A stretch of 64,000 bases of DNA. Origin: Longimicrobiales bacterium (lineage in GTDB: Bacteria; Gemmatimonadota; Gemmatimonadetes; Longimicrobiales; Gaopeijiaceae). The stretch is taken from NCBI GenBank assembly GCA_965218295.1, contig CBDCKN010000017.1:32001-96000 (forward strand), in the 5' to 3' direction. Numbering within the stretch: position 1 is the first letter of the stretch; each line of letters starts with the position of its first letter. The translations under genes and the position numbers were made by a program. Shown in pieces: positions 42,074-51,640 of the stretch. The notes beneath the pieces were generated by a model. That model was not told where the DNA came from. It saw nothing but the letters and a program-made list of their open reading frames with translations, and ran no database searches.

Positions 42074-42498
42074 CCGGTGAGTTCCTCGGGTGTCGCCTCG
42101 TAACGGCTACCGCACTTGGTCAGAACCAGGGTGGCTTCGAAAACACCATCCTCCCGGAAACGCCCCTCCACGACCGCGTCGACCTGCTCGTGATCGTTGA
42201 AAGTATCGGGCAGCATGTCCGCGTACTCGACGGGGAAGCTGACCGTCTCGTCTTGAAGGTCGACGACCCGGAAGCGATGCGGGCTCCCCTCTCGGGCCCG
42301 CTCCCAGGAGCCTGGTACGATGCGGCCACTCACCTTGACACCCACCTGGTGGAAGGTGGGGTCGTCTTTCACCCGAGCCAGAAGCTCCATGGGTGTGAGG
42401 TAGTACAACATCGTCTGGCTCACACCCGTCCAGATGAGATAGGTGACGACCATGGCCACGCCCGCTAAACCCACGAAGAATCTGCTGTTGTTTTTCAC
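42070..42498 (-). CDS. ccmE: Heme chaperone CcmE, CXXXY variant
   Basis: YYLTP, LPDTF, VVEG, KCGSRY. Confidence 0.93.
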   Translation of the reverse strand: MKNNSRFFVGLAGVAMVVTYLIWTGVSQTMLYYLTPMELLARVKDDPTFHQVGVKVSGRIVPGSWERAREGSPHRFRVVDLQDETVSFPVEYADMLPDTFNDHEQVDAVVEGRFREDGVFEATLVLTKCGSRYEATPEELTG

Positions 42499-42547
42499 CT
42501 CAGGCCCCTCTGAGTGGGGTCGGCGGACCACCTCTACGGCTCCGCCA

Positions 42548-42575
42548 AATATAGGGCCCTCGCAAGGGCCGGCAA
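42548..42575 (-). promoter_or_regulatory. Putative sigma70 promoter of the ccm operon with a palindrome in the spacer
   Basis: TTGCCG-N16-TATATT. GGCCCT-TGCG-AGGGCC spans the spacer. Confidence 0.4.
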
Positions 42576-42752
42576 AGCTCCTACAACCCCAAAAACCCGC
42601 ACTTTCGGGGCCCGTCCTACACCCATATAGACTACCCCCTACACGGAGGTTCCCTCCCCCCCGGGGGGTTCTCTACAAGCTTCCCCGGCGCGGGAGGCCC
42701 CGCGGGGCCCCACTCGATGGCGCAAGCCCGGCCACGCAGGGTCCAGGCGGTG

Positions 42753-43259
42753 TCAGCCGGGGGCTCTCCGGCCCTTCGCCGCCTGTGCGAGAGCCCAGTC
42801 GGCAGCTTCATCGGGATCGGTCGGGTGGTGCAGGCCCAGCCCTTGGGCCGGCGGCGCTCCCAGGATCGCCACGGGAATCCCCATCTTCTGCGCCAGGGCG
42901 ATCTCGGAGAGCGTTCCCCAGGAGCCACCCACCGCGACCACCGCCTCCGCCGCACGGACGACCAAGGCGTTCCGGGCCTCCCCCATCCCCGTGGCCAGCG
43001 GCAAGGCGATCCAGGGGTTCGCCCGGGAGTCGTCGCGGCCGGGAAGGAGGCCCACCGTGGTTCCTCCCCCCTCCACACAGCCCCGGGCTGCCGCTTCCAT
43101 GACGCCGCCGAGGCCACCGCAGATGACCACGGCGCCGGCCTCCGCCAGTCGGGCCCCGAGCTTCCGGGCCCGCTCGAGGTCCGCGTCGTCGGCGTTCCCG
43201 GCCCCGATGATGGCGATCCGCAGTGGCCGTTCAGCCGCCGCTCGTCCCTGGGACGTCAC
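42753..43259 (-). CDS. LOG-family protein (TIGR00725-like)
   Basis: CGGLGGVMEAAARG, TGMGEARN, GGSWGTLSEI. Confidence 0.9.
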   Translation of the reverse strand: MTSQGRAAAERPLRIAIIGAGNADDADLERARKLGARLAEAGAVVICGGLGGVMEAAARGCVEGGGTTVGLLPGRDDSRANPWIALPLATGMGEARNALVVRAAEAVVAVGGSWGTLSEIALAQKMGIPVAILGAPPAQGLGLHHPTDPDEAADWALAQAAKGRRAPG

Positions 43260-44764
43260 AAAGCGCCGCCGGAAACGTTAGCCCACGTCTTGACCGCCCG
43301 AACCGCCCGAGCCCAACCGTCGAGTAGATCGTCTCGCTCGGAGTCCCGCATTGTAGGATCGAACCGCTCGCCCTCGCCCTGGGAAGCCAGAAACTCGTCG
43401 GCGGTGGACCAGACCCCCGTGGCCAGCCCGGCAAGGCCAGCCGCCCCGAGGGCGGTGGTCTCGACCATGGCCGGTCTCCGCACCGGGACGCCCAGGACAC
43501 CCGCCTGGAAGTCCATGAGCCAGTCGTTGTTGGCGGCCCCACCGTCTACGCGGAGCTCCGTCATCCGGACGGAACAGTCGGCCTCCATGGCACCGATCAC
43601 CTCTCGGGTTCCGTACGCCATGGCCTCCAACGCCGCCCGCACGAGGTGCTTCTTGGAGGTTCCCCGGGTGAGCCCGAACACGGCTCCTCGGGCTTCCGGC
43701 ACCCAGTGGGGCGCGCCGAGGCCCACGAAAGCCGGTACGAAGTATACGCCGTCGTTGCCCTCGAGGTCGGACGCCATTCGCTCCGACTCGGCCGCGTGCT
43801 CGAGAACCCCCAGTCCGTCCCGGAGCCATTGCACCGCGGCTCCCGCTATGAACACCGACCCTTCCAGTGCGAATGCGAGACCGCCACGGGCGTCGCAGGC
43901 TGCGGTGGTCAGCAGCCCATGGGAGGACGGAACGATGTCCGTTCCGGTGTGCATGAGCAGAAAGGCCCCCGTGCCGTATGTGTTCTTGGCCAGCCCCGCC
44001 GACCAGCACCCCTGCCCGAAGAGCGCCGCCTGTTGGTCCCCAACGACGCCGGCAAGGGGCGCCTCGATCTCCAGGGCCTCCCCACGACTCACTCCGAAGT
44101 CACCACTGCTCAATCGTACTTCCGGGAGCAGGGACTCCGGCACCCCCAGGAGATCGAGAAGCCACGGGTCCCAAGACGCCTGGGACAGGTTGTAGAGGAG
44201 CGTTCGGGAAGCGTTGGTAGGGTCCGTGGCATGCACGTCGCCCTGGGTCAGACGAGTTATCAGCCACGTGTCGACGGTGCCCGCCGCCAGATCGCCCGCT
44301 TCCGCTCGGGCCAGCAGCTCGGGCCGCTCACGGAGGAGCCACATGAGCTTGGTTCCCGAGAAGTAGGGATCCAGGACCAGACCGGTGCGGCTCCTCACCT
44401 CCTCCTCGTGGCCCCCTTCCTTGAGCTCGGCGCACAAGCCCGCGGTTCGCCGATCCTGCCACACAATGGCCCGGTAGACCGGCTCCAGGGTCTTCCGGTC
44501 CCACAGGACGACTGTCTCCCGCTGATTCGTGATTCCGATCCCCCGAACGTCCGCTTCGGTGGCCGACTCGAGGGCCTCCCGTGCCACGCCTCGCGTGACA
44601 TCCCAGATCTCTCCGGCGTCGTGCTCCACCCAGCCGGGCCGGGGAAAGTGCTGGGTGAACTCGGAGTAGGCCCGCCCGAGCACGCGGCCGTCTTGGGCGA
44701 TGACAAGACAGGTCGAGCCGGTCGTCCCCTGGTCGATGGCGAGGATGGAAGCGGTCTTGCTCAT
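43256..44764 (-). CDS. glpK: Glycerol kinase
   Basis: AIDQGTTG, GITNQRET, VWQDRRT, GDQQAALFG, KNTYGTG. Confidence 0.97.
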   Translation of the reverse strand: MSKTASILAIDQGTTGSTCLVIAQDGRVLGRAYSEFTQHFPRPGWVEHDAGEIWDVTRGVAREALESATEADVRGIGITNQRETVVLWDRKTLEPVYRAIVWQDRRTAGLCAELKEGGHEEEVRSRTGLVLDPYFSGTKLMWLLRERPELLARAEAGDLAAGTVDTWLITRLTQGDVHATDPTNASRTLLYNLSQASWDPWLLDLLGVPESLLPEVRLSSGDFGVSRGEALEIEAPLAGVVGDQQAALFGQGCWSAGLAKNTYGTGAFLLMHTGTDIVPSSHGLLTTAACDARGGLAFALEGSVFIAGAAVQWLRDGLGVLEHAAESERMASDLEGNDGVYFVPAFVGLGAPHWVPEARGAVFGLTRGTSKKHLVRAALEAMAYGTREVIGAMEADCSVRMTELRVDGGAANNDWLMDFQAGVLGVPVRRPAMVETTALGAAGLAGLATGVWSTADEFLASQGEGERFDPTMRDSERDDLLDGWARAVRAVKTWANVSGGAL

Positions 44765-45369
44765 GAGTCCGCCATGTGGAGAGACCCGAACCGGTACTCC
44801 CAGCCGCACTCCTCCAGGAGGTTCATGAGGAGGGAGATCGGCAGGCCGACGACGGTAAAGTAGTCGCCCCGGATTTCGCTCACCAGCGCCGCTCCCAGTC
44901 CTTGGATGCCGTACGCTCCGGCCTTGTCGAGAGGCTCTCCGGTCTCGACATAGAGACGGGCGACCTCGGTTCGGAAGGAGCGAAGCGAGACCTCCGTAGT
45001 GGCCACGCCGCTGTGCACTTCTCCCGACGGGAGGGCCAGGGCCAGGCCACTGGCCACGATGTGGGAGCGCCCGGCGAGGCGGAGGAGCATATCTTCGGCA
45101 TCCTCCGGACCGGTGGGCTTTCCCAGGATCTCGTCGTCCAGCACGACGACGGTGTCTCCGCCCAGGACAGCCGCATTGGGTCGCACACGGGTCACCGCCA
45201 GGGCCTTCTCACGCGCCAGGCGCTCCACGTGCTCCTCGGGTGTCTCACCCGGCAGCACCTCCTCCAGAAGGTGCGCGGGCTCGACGGTGAAGGTCAGGCC
45301 GAGCATGCCAAGGTACTCCTTACGCCGGGGTGACGCCGACGCCAGGACCAAAGGAGGAGGACCGCTCAT
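44761..45369 (-). CDS. maf: Maf/YhdE nucleotide pyrophosphatase
   Basis: LASASPRR, DTVV, LGKP, DKAGAYGIQG. Confidence 0.96.
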   Translation of the reverse strand: MSGPPPLVLASASPRRKEYLGMLGLTFTVEPAHLLEEVLPGETPEEHVERLAREKALAVTRVRPNAAVLGGDTVVVLDDEILGKPTGPEDAEDMLLRLAGRSHIVASGLALALPSGEVHSGVATTEVSLRSFRTEVARLYVETGEPLDKAGAYGIQGLGAALVSEIRGDYFTVVGLPISLLMNLLEECGWEYRFGSLHMADS

Positions 45370-45394
45370 CTCTCGAGACCGCTCATCTCTCGAG
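45361..45394. repeat. Perfect 17-bp tandem duplication at the dtd/maf junction
   Basis: ACCGCTCATCTCTCGAG x2 (45361-45377, 45378-45394). Confidence 0.95.
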
Positions 45395-45823
45395 AACGAG
45401 CGTGACTGGCCCGTCGTTCACGAGGGACACGTCCATCATGGCGCCGAACTCACCCGTCGCCACGCGTCCGGGCAGCCGGGCTTCCAGGATCTCGACGAAT
45501 CTCTCGTAGAGCGGAATCGCGATCTCCGGCGGCGCCGCATGGACGAAGCTAGGGCGACGTCCCTTCCTGGTGTCACCGTAGAGGGTGAACTGGCTCACCA
45601 CCAGAAGGGAGCCACCCACGTCCTCCAGGTCTCGGTTCATCTTGCCATCCGCGTCGTTGAACACCCGGAGGCCCACGACCTTGTCGGCCATCCATTCCGC
45701 TTCGTCCGTCGAGTCGCCCCCGGTGAATCCAACGAGGAGGAGATGCCCGATACCGATCTCACCGACGGCCCGACCGTCGACCATCACCCGGGCTTGGCTC
45801 ACGCGCTGCAACACAACTCTCAT
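45383..45823 (-). CDS. dtd: D-aminoacyl-tRNA deacylase
   Basis: MRVVLQRV, SQFTL, GRRPSF, NDGPVT. Confidence 0.97.
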   Translation of the reverse strand: MRVVLQRVSQARVMVDGRAVGEIGIGHLLLVGFTGGDSTDEAEWMADKVVGLRVFNDADGKMNRDLEDVGGSLLVVSQFTLYGDTRKGRRPSFVHAAPPEIAIPLYERFVEILEARLPGRVATGEFGAMMDVSLVNDGPVTLVLER

Positions 45824-45877
45824 GGGGGCATTACCCCTGCACGGAGCGAAGGCCGTCACATACAGGGCCCGGGCGGC

Positions 45878-47716
45878 TCACTCCACCGTGACCGACTTCG
45901 CGAGGTTCCGCGGCTGATCGACGTCGCAGTCGCGTTGGATAGCCGCGTGATAGGCCAGAAGCTGGAGGGGGATGGTGGTGAGCACGGGCAAAAGGGACGG
46001 GACGGTCTGCGGGACCTGGATGAGGTGATCCACCTTGCCGATCAGCTCCGGGGCCTCGTCGCTCACAACCGCGATGATGCGGCCGTTCCGCGTGCTCACC
46101 TCTTCGATGTTCGAGACCACCTTGTCGTACACCGCGTCCCTGGGAGCCAGGATGACCACCGGCATGTTCTCGTCGATGAGGGCGATGGGCCCGTGCTTCA
46201 TCTCCGCCGCCGGATAGCCCTCGGCGTGGATGTAGCTCACCTCCTTGAGCTTGAGCGCCCCCTCCAGGGCCACCGGGAATTGGTACCCCCGTCCCAGGTA
46301 GAGGAAGTTCTGGGCATGGGCATCGTCTGCCGCCAGCCCCCTGATCATGGGCTCCAGCTCCAGAGTTTCGGCCACCTGCTCAGGCAACCGCTGAAGGGCG
46401 GCCACCATCTCCCGACCCTGTACGTTGGAGAGGCTCCGCCGGCGACCCAGGTAGAGTGTGAACAGCGCCAGGGCCACGATCTGGCTGGTGAACGCCTTGG
46501 TGGAGGCGACGCCGATCTCCGGGCCGGCGTGAAGGTAGATGCCGAAGTCGGTCTCACGGGCGATGGTAGAGCCGACCACGTTCACGATCCCCATGGTGGG
46601 CGCGCCCCTGCCCCGCGCCTCCCTGAGCGCGGCCAGCGTGTCGGCGGTCTCGCCGGACTGGCTGATGGCCAGGACGAGCGTCCCGGGCTCGATGACCGGG
46701 CTCCGGTATCGGAACTCGGAAGCGTACTCCACCTCCACCGGGACCCCGGCCAGCTCCTCCAGCATGTACTCGCCGATGAGGGCCGCATGCCAGCTCGTTC
46801 CGCAAGCCGTGATCACGATGCGTTTGACCCGAGAGATCTCCTCGTCCGTGAGCGTGATCCCGCCCAACCGCGCGGCTCCCTCCTCTTCGAGGAGGCGGCC
46901 CCGCATGACGTCGCGCAGGCTGGTGGGCTGCTCGCAGATCTCCTTCAGCATGAAGTGGTCGTACTCGCCCTTTTCGGCGGCTTCCAGATCCCATTCGACG
47001 CGGTGGATGGAGCGTCGGACCTCACCGAGCTCAAGGTGGAAGACGCGGTATCCGTCGCTCGTGAGCACGGCACAGTCACCGTCGTCCAGATAGACGACAT
47101 CCTTGGTGTGTTGGATCACCGCCGACGCGTCGGAGCCCGCCAGGTTCTCGCCATTCTTGCCGATGCCCACGAGAAGGGGACTCCCGTTCCGCGCGACCAC
47201 GATCTTCCCCGGATCCCGACTGCTGATGACCGCGATTCCGTAGGCCCCCTCGACCTGATGGAGGGCGGCCACAACGGCGTCCTCCAGGGTCGGGTTCTCA
47301 CGAAACGCCTCATCGATGAGATGCACCACGGCCTCGGTGTCGGTTTCGGTCTCGAACTTGTACCCCAGGTCGGTGAGCTTCCGGCGCAGGAGGTCCGCGT
47401 TCTCGACGATCCCGTTATGGACCATGGCGATGTCGCCGGCATGGCTCCAGTGGGGATGGGCGTTTTGTCGGTTGGGGGCGCCGTGGGTGGCCCAACGGGT
47501 GTGGGCGATGCCACAGGTTCCCGGCGGCATCTCGACCTCCAGGATACGCTCGAGCTCCCTGAGCTTCCCGGCCCGCTTCACCGCGCGCAGGCACCCGTCG
47601 GCTCCCAGGATCGCCAGGCCCGCCGAATCGTACCCGCGATACTCGAGGCGGCGCAGACCCTCCAAGAGGATCGGCCCCGCTTCCTTGGAGCCCACGTATC
47701 CGACGATTCCGCACAT
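45878..47716 (-). CDS. glmS: Glutamine--fructose-6-phosphate transaminase
   Basis: MCGIVG, HTRWATHG, SQSGET, PRNLAKSVTVE. Confidence 0.99.
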   Translation of the reverse strand: MCGIVGYVGSKEAGPILLEGLRRLEYRGYDSAGLAILGADGCLRAVKRAGKLRELERILEVEMPPGTCGIAHTRWATHGAPNRQNAHPHWSHAGDIAMVHNGIVENADLLRRKLTDLGYKFETETDTEAVVHLIDEAFRENPTLEDAVVAALHQVEGAYGIAVISSRDPGKIVVARNGSPLLVGIGKNGENLAGSDASAVIQHTKDVVYLDDGDCAVLTSDGYRVFHLELGEVRRSIHRVEWDLEAAEKGEYDHFMLKEICEQPTSLRDVMRGRLLEEEGAARLGGITLTDEEISRVKRIVITACGTSWHAALIGEYMLEELAGVPVEVEYASEFRYRSPVIEPGTLVLAISQSGETADTLAALREARGRGAPTMGIVNVVGSTIARETDFGIYLHAGPEIGVASTKAFTSQIVALALFTLYLGRRRSLSNVQGREMVAALQRLPEQVAETLELEPMIRGLAADDAHAQNFLYLGRGYQFPVALEGALKLKEVSYIHAEGYPAAEMKHGPIALIDENMPVVILAPRDAVYDKVVSNIEEVSTRNGRIIAVVSDEAPELIGKVDHLIQVPQTVPSLLPVLTTIPLQLLAYHAAIQRDCDVDQPRNLAKSVTVE

Positions 47717-47728
47717 GTCCGGCTTCCT

Positions 47729-47763
47729 TAGCAGCCTGTTGGAGATATGGAACGGACCACTAG
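47729..47763. repeat. Degenerate composite repeat remnant between glmM and glmS
   Basis: TAGCAGCCTGTTGGAG (family B-like left end) plus TGGAACGGACCACTAG (family A-like right end) overlapping the glmM stop. Confidence 0.45.
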
Positions 47764-49145
47764 ATCACTCCTTCGAGAACCCGTGCCGCACGCTCGATCA
47801 GCTCCTCCGCGTTACTGCGGTCCGGCGCCTCCGCTATGAGTCGCACCACCAGCTCGGTCCCCGACGGCCGGACGTGCAGCCATGATCGGCGTCCGGACCA
47901 GCTCAGCCGAAGGCCGTCGGATCGGTCGGCCCCGTCACCGTCCAGATCCTCCTCCAGCGCACCATACGCGTCGGCAAGAGACTCCCGGGGGAAGCTGACC
48001 TTCCTCTTGACGATGGCGTACGTGGGCCACCGGCCGGCAGCTTCCGAGAGTGAGGAGCCTTCGTCTACCAGATGTTGCAAGATAAGTGCCGCGGCCACGG
48101 CCGCATCCCGGGTGTGGTGAAGCTCGGGGAGAATGACGCCCCCGTTGCCTTCCCCCCCTACGACGGCTCCCTCGGCCTGCATGCGGCGAACCACGTTGAT
48201 CTCGCCCACGGGAGCCCGAACGACGGTGCTCTGGTGGGCGCCCGCCACGTCGTCCACGGCCTGGCTGGTGGAGAGGTTCGTGACCACGGTTCCGGGTGTT
48301 CGGCGCAGGACGACGGCTGCGGCAAGGGCCAGGGTCAGATCTTCACCCAGCGCCTCTCCCCTCTCGTTCACGAGTGAGAGCCGGTCCACATCCGGATCTA
48401 CGGCCAAGCCGAGATCCGCCCCCTCACTTCGAACGAGGTCTCCCAGATCCTCGAGGTTTTCCGCCGTCGGCTCCGGATCTCTCGGAAAATGGCCATCCAT
48501 CTCGGCGTTGATCGCCACGACCCGACAGCCGAGAGCCTCGAGAAGAGGGGGCATGACCGTCGCTCCCGCGCCGCGGACGCAGTCGAGCGCCACCGTGAGG
48601 TTCCGGCTGCGGATGGCGTCCCCGTCGAGCTGCGGCAGGGCCAAGACAGCTCGGAGATGACGCTCGGAAGCGCCGCCGTCTTCACGCAGCGCACCGAGCT
48701 CGTCCCATTTTGCCCTGGGGATCTCCTCCCCCAGAGCGAAGTCGAGGAAGGCCTCCATGGTCTCCGCGTCGAGGAAGGTGCCCCCTGGGGCCGCGAACTT
48801 CAGTGCGTTCCACTCGGCGGGGTTGTGGCTGGCCGTGACCTCGATGCCTCCGGCGGCTTCCCCCCTTCCGACCTCCAGCATGAGCGTCGGCGTTGCCACG
48901 ATGCCGAGGTCCACCACGTCACAACCCACCGAGACCAGGCCCGAAGCCGCCGCACTGGCCAGCATGCCTCCGGACGTCCGAGTGTCACGCCCGATGAGGA
49001 CCGCGCCCTCGTCACCCGACCTGTCAAGGAATGCTCCAAACGCGGCGGCAAGGGCGCAGACGAGGTCCGGCGTCAACGGATCGCCGACCCGCCCGCGAAA
49101 CCCGGAGACGCTCACCACCAGCCCATCTGGAATCGTCAGGGGCAT
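47760..49145 (-). CDS. glmM: Phosphoglucosamine mutase / phosphohexomutase
   Basis: TASHNP, DPDVDR, GEGNGG, RPSGTE; adjacent to glmS. Confidence 0.88.
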   Translation of the reverse strand: MPLTIPDGLVVSVSGFRGRVGDPLTPDLVCALAAAFGAFLDRSGDEGAVLIGRDTRTSGGMLASAAASGLVSVGCDVVDLGIVATPTLMLEVGRGEAAGGIEVTASHNPAEWNALKFAAPGGTFLDAETMEAFLDFALGEEIPRAKWDELGALREDGGASERHLRAVLALPQLDGDAIRSRNLTVALDCVRGAGATVMPPLLEALGCRVVAINAEMDGHFPRDPEPTAENLEDLGDLVRSEGADLGLAVDPDVDRLSLVNERGEALGEDLTLALAAAVVLRRTPGTVVTNLSTSQAVDDVAGAHQSTVVRAPVGEINVVRRMQAEGAVVGGEGNGGVILPELHHTRDAAVAAALILQHLVDEGSSLSEAAGRWPTYAIVKRKVSFPRESLADAYGALEEDLDGDGADRSDGLRLSWSGRRSWLHVRPSGTELVVRLIAEAPDRSNAEELIERAARVLEGVI

Positions 49146-49356
49146 GAGCCACCTAGCGTAGATACCGAAGACGTAGAGCCCGCTCCTAGACTATCGAGAT
49201 TTCCATGAGGACCGTCAACGATGGGTGGTGGCACAGCCTACAGGGGGTCGGGTACATTCCGGCCATTCTCGGGTGCCCCTCGCCGCCGGCTCCATTGCGG
49301 CCTCGGATGGGGCGCCCGACATCGGCTCATCTGAGATCACCGATCGCGAGGAGTGA

Positions 49357-50517
49357 ATGACGAGGACATCGTGGGACGGAGCCCGATTCGGGACGCTCGC
49401 CGTCCATGCCGGACAGGAGCCTGAGCCCGAAACCGGAGCCATCATGCCTCCGATCTTTCAGACCTCGACGTACGTCCAGCCCGACGTCGCCAAGCCCAAG
49501 AAGGGGTACGACTACGCCAGGGTCAAGAACCCCACCCGAGAGGCCCTCGAAGGAAACGTGGCCGCTCTGGAGGGGGGGAAGCACGGAATAGCGTTCGCCA
49601 GCGGACTCGCCGCCATCGAGGCCGTGGTCAAGCGCCTCTCGGCCGGGGATCACATCGTCAGCGAGGAGAACACATGCGGGGGAGTGACGCGCATGTTCAC
49701 CCGCGTCCTTGAGAAGCTGGGTCTGGAGTTCTCCTTCGTCGACACCCGTGACCCCAACCGCATCTGCGGGGCCATGCAGCCGAACACCCGGCTCGTGCAC
49801 GTGGAGACGCCCACCAACCCCCTCATGTGCATCTGCGACATCCAGGCCGCAGCCGACATCGCCCATGACGGCGGCGCCCTCCTCATGGTGGACAATACCT
49901 TCGCATCGCCCTTCAACCAGCGTCCCCTCGAGCTGGGTGCCGATGTCACGGTTCACTCGTCCACGAAGTATCTGAACGGCCACTCGGACATCATCGGTGG
50001 AATCCTGGTGGTGAACGACGACGAGCTCGCGGAGGAGATCCACTTCGTAAGGAAATCGTCGGGCGCCGTCCCCGGGCCCATGGATGCCTGGCTCTGCCTC
50101 AGGGGCACGAAGACGCTCCACGTCCGAATGGCACGGCACAACGAGAACGGGTTAGCGGTGGCGCGCTACCTCGTGGAACACCCCGCGGTGAGCCGTGTCG
50201 TCTATCCGGGTCTGGACTCCCATCCACAGCACGAGCTCGCGAGCCGGCAGATGTCGGGCTTCACGGGGATGGTGACCCTGGACCTGGGCGATCCCGATCG
50301 AGCCAGGGCCGTAGCCACTCGAACTCGAGTGTTCCAGCTCGCCGAAAGCCTCGGGGGCGTGGAATCCCTTGTGAGCATCCCGGCGCTGCAGACTCACGCC
50401 TCGGTGCCGAGGGATCTCCGGGAAGCCATGGGAGTCACGGAAGGGCTGGTACGGCTCTCGGTGGGCATCGAAGATCTGGAGGATCTGCTGGAAGATCTGG
50501 ATCAGGCCCTGGCCTGA
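49357..50517 (+). CDS. Cystathionine gamma-synthase/lyase family PLP enzyme
   Basis: PIFQTSTY, ETPTNP, VDNTF, HSSTKYLNGHSD, AESLGGVESL. Confidence 0.93.
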   Translation: MTRTSWDGARFGTLAVHAGQEPEPETGAIMPPIFQTSTYVQPDVAKPKKGYDYARVKNPTREALEGNVAALEGGKHGIAFASGLAAIEAVVKRLSAGDHIVSEENTCGGVTRMFTRVLEKLGLEFSFVDTRDPNRICGAMQPNTRLVHVETPTNPLMCICDIQAAADIAHDGGALLMVDNTFASPFNQRPLELGADVTVHSSTKYLNGHSDIIGGILVVNDDELAEEIHFVRKSSGAVPGPMDAWLCLRGTKTLHVRMARHNENGLAVARYLVEHPAVSRVVYPGLDSHPQHELASRQMSGFTGMVTLDLGDPDRARAVATRTRVFQLAESLGGVESLVSIPALQTHASVPRDLREAMGVTEGLVRLSVGIEDLEDLLEDLDQALA

Positions 50518-50602
50518 AACTTCTCCCGGGGGAGCCGCGTACAGCCGATAAGAGTGCGGCGGCCCCAGCGGTAGCCGCCAGGACACAAGGAGATAGACAG
50601 CC

Positions 50603-51622
50603 ATGGCTGATGAGAACGACCAAAACAACGGGAACGGCGAGAACGGCAGCGACGAGCAGGACTCACGTGCGCGGCGCATCCTGACCGACATCGCGCCCCG
50701 AGCCTGGGAGCACCCGGCGGACCGGGCGGCCTTGGCGGCCCTCCGGAAAATCCCCGTCTTCGACGACATACTCCGGAAGCTCTTCGGGTTCTTCGGGGAG
50801 AAGCCTATTCGCCTGGCGTTCCTGGCGAACTCGGTACGGATCTCCGACCGGCAGTTCCCGAGAGTCAAGAGCCTGTACGAGGACGTTCTCCAGACCCTGG
50901 ACGCCCCCGAGGAGTATCCCCTCTTCGTCTCCCAGACGCCCATCGTGAACGCCGGCGCGTATGGGATGGACGAGCCTTTCATCATCCTGAATTCCGGGAC
51001 CGTCAAGCTCCTGGACGACGAGCAGCTGTCGTACGTCATGGGCCACGAGCTGGGCCACATCATGAGCGACCACGTCCTCTACCGGACGATGACGGTGCTC
51101 CTGATCCAGCTCGCCGGGATGGGCTTCCCCATCGTCGGTCTGGCCGCACGGGCCATCCTAGTGGCACTCCTGGAGTGGTCGCGGAAGAGCGAGCTCTCCA
51201 GTGACCGGGCCGGTCTCCTGTCCGTACAGGACCCCCAGCGGGTGATGAATACTATGCTCAAAATGGCGGGCGGTGGTGATGATGACGAGATGAATCTCGA
51301 CGAGTTCATCATCCAGGCCGAGGAGTACCGGGAGTCGGGGGACGTGGCCGACCAGGTGTTCAAGGTGCTGAACCTGATGGGCCAGAGCCATCCCTTCTAC
51401 GTGCTGCGCGTCGCCGAGATTCGCTCGTGGATCGAAGAAGGCGAGTACGACCGCATCCTCCGGGGCGAGTACCAGCATCGCGGTGAGCCGGACCCGGCCT
51501 ACAACGAGGATCTCCAGGATGCCGCCCAGGCGTATGCACAGGGCGCCAAAGATCTCTTCGGCCAGATGGCGGGGGCCGCCAAACGCATGGCCGACGACAT
51601 CATGGGAGCGGCCAAGCGGTAA
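50603..51622 (+). CDS. M48 family metallopeptidase
   Basis: WEHPADRAAL, HELGH, ELSSDRAG, SHP. Confidence 0.92.
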   Translation: MADENDQNNGNGENGSDEQDSRARRILTDIAPRAWEHPADRAALAALRKIPVFDDILRKLFGFFGEKPIRLAFLANSVRISDRQFPRVKSLYEDVLQTLDAPEEYPLFVSQTPIVNAGAYGMDEPFIILNSGTVKLLDDEQLSYVMGHELGHIMSDHVLYRTMTVLLIQLAGMGFPIVGLAARAILVALLEWSRKSELSSDRAGLLSVQDPQRVMNTMLKMAGGGDDDEMNLDEFIIQAEEYRESGDVADQVFKVLNLMGQSHPFYVLRVAEIRSWIEEGEYDRILRGEYQHRGEPDPAYNEDLQDAAQAYAQGAKDLFGQMAGAAKRMADDIMGAAKR

Positions 51623-51640
51623 CGGATCACCTAGCCTCCC

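Noticed and set aside
44999..47731. 910-aa plus-strand ORF
   Set aside because: Antisense to glmS/dtd/maf; a typical high-GC shadow ORF with no recognisable motifs.
47717..47759. glmS ribozyme
   Set aside because: The intergenic gap is only 43 bp and is occupied by a repeat remnant.
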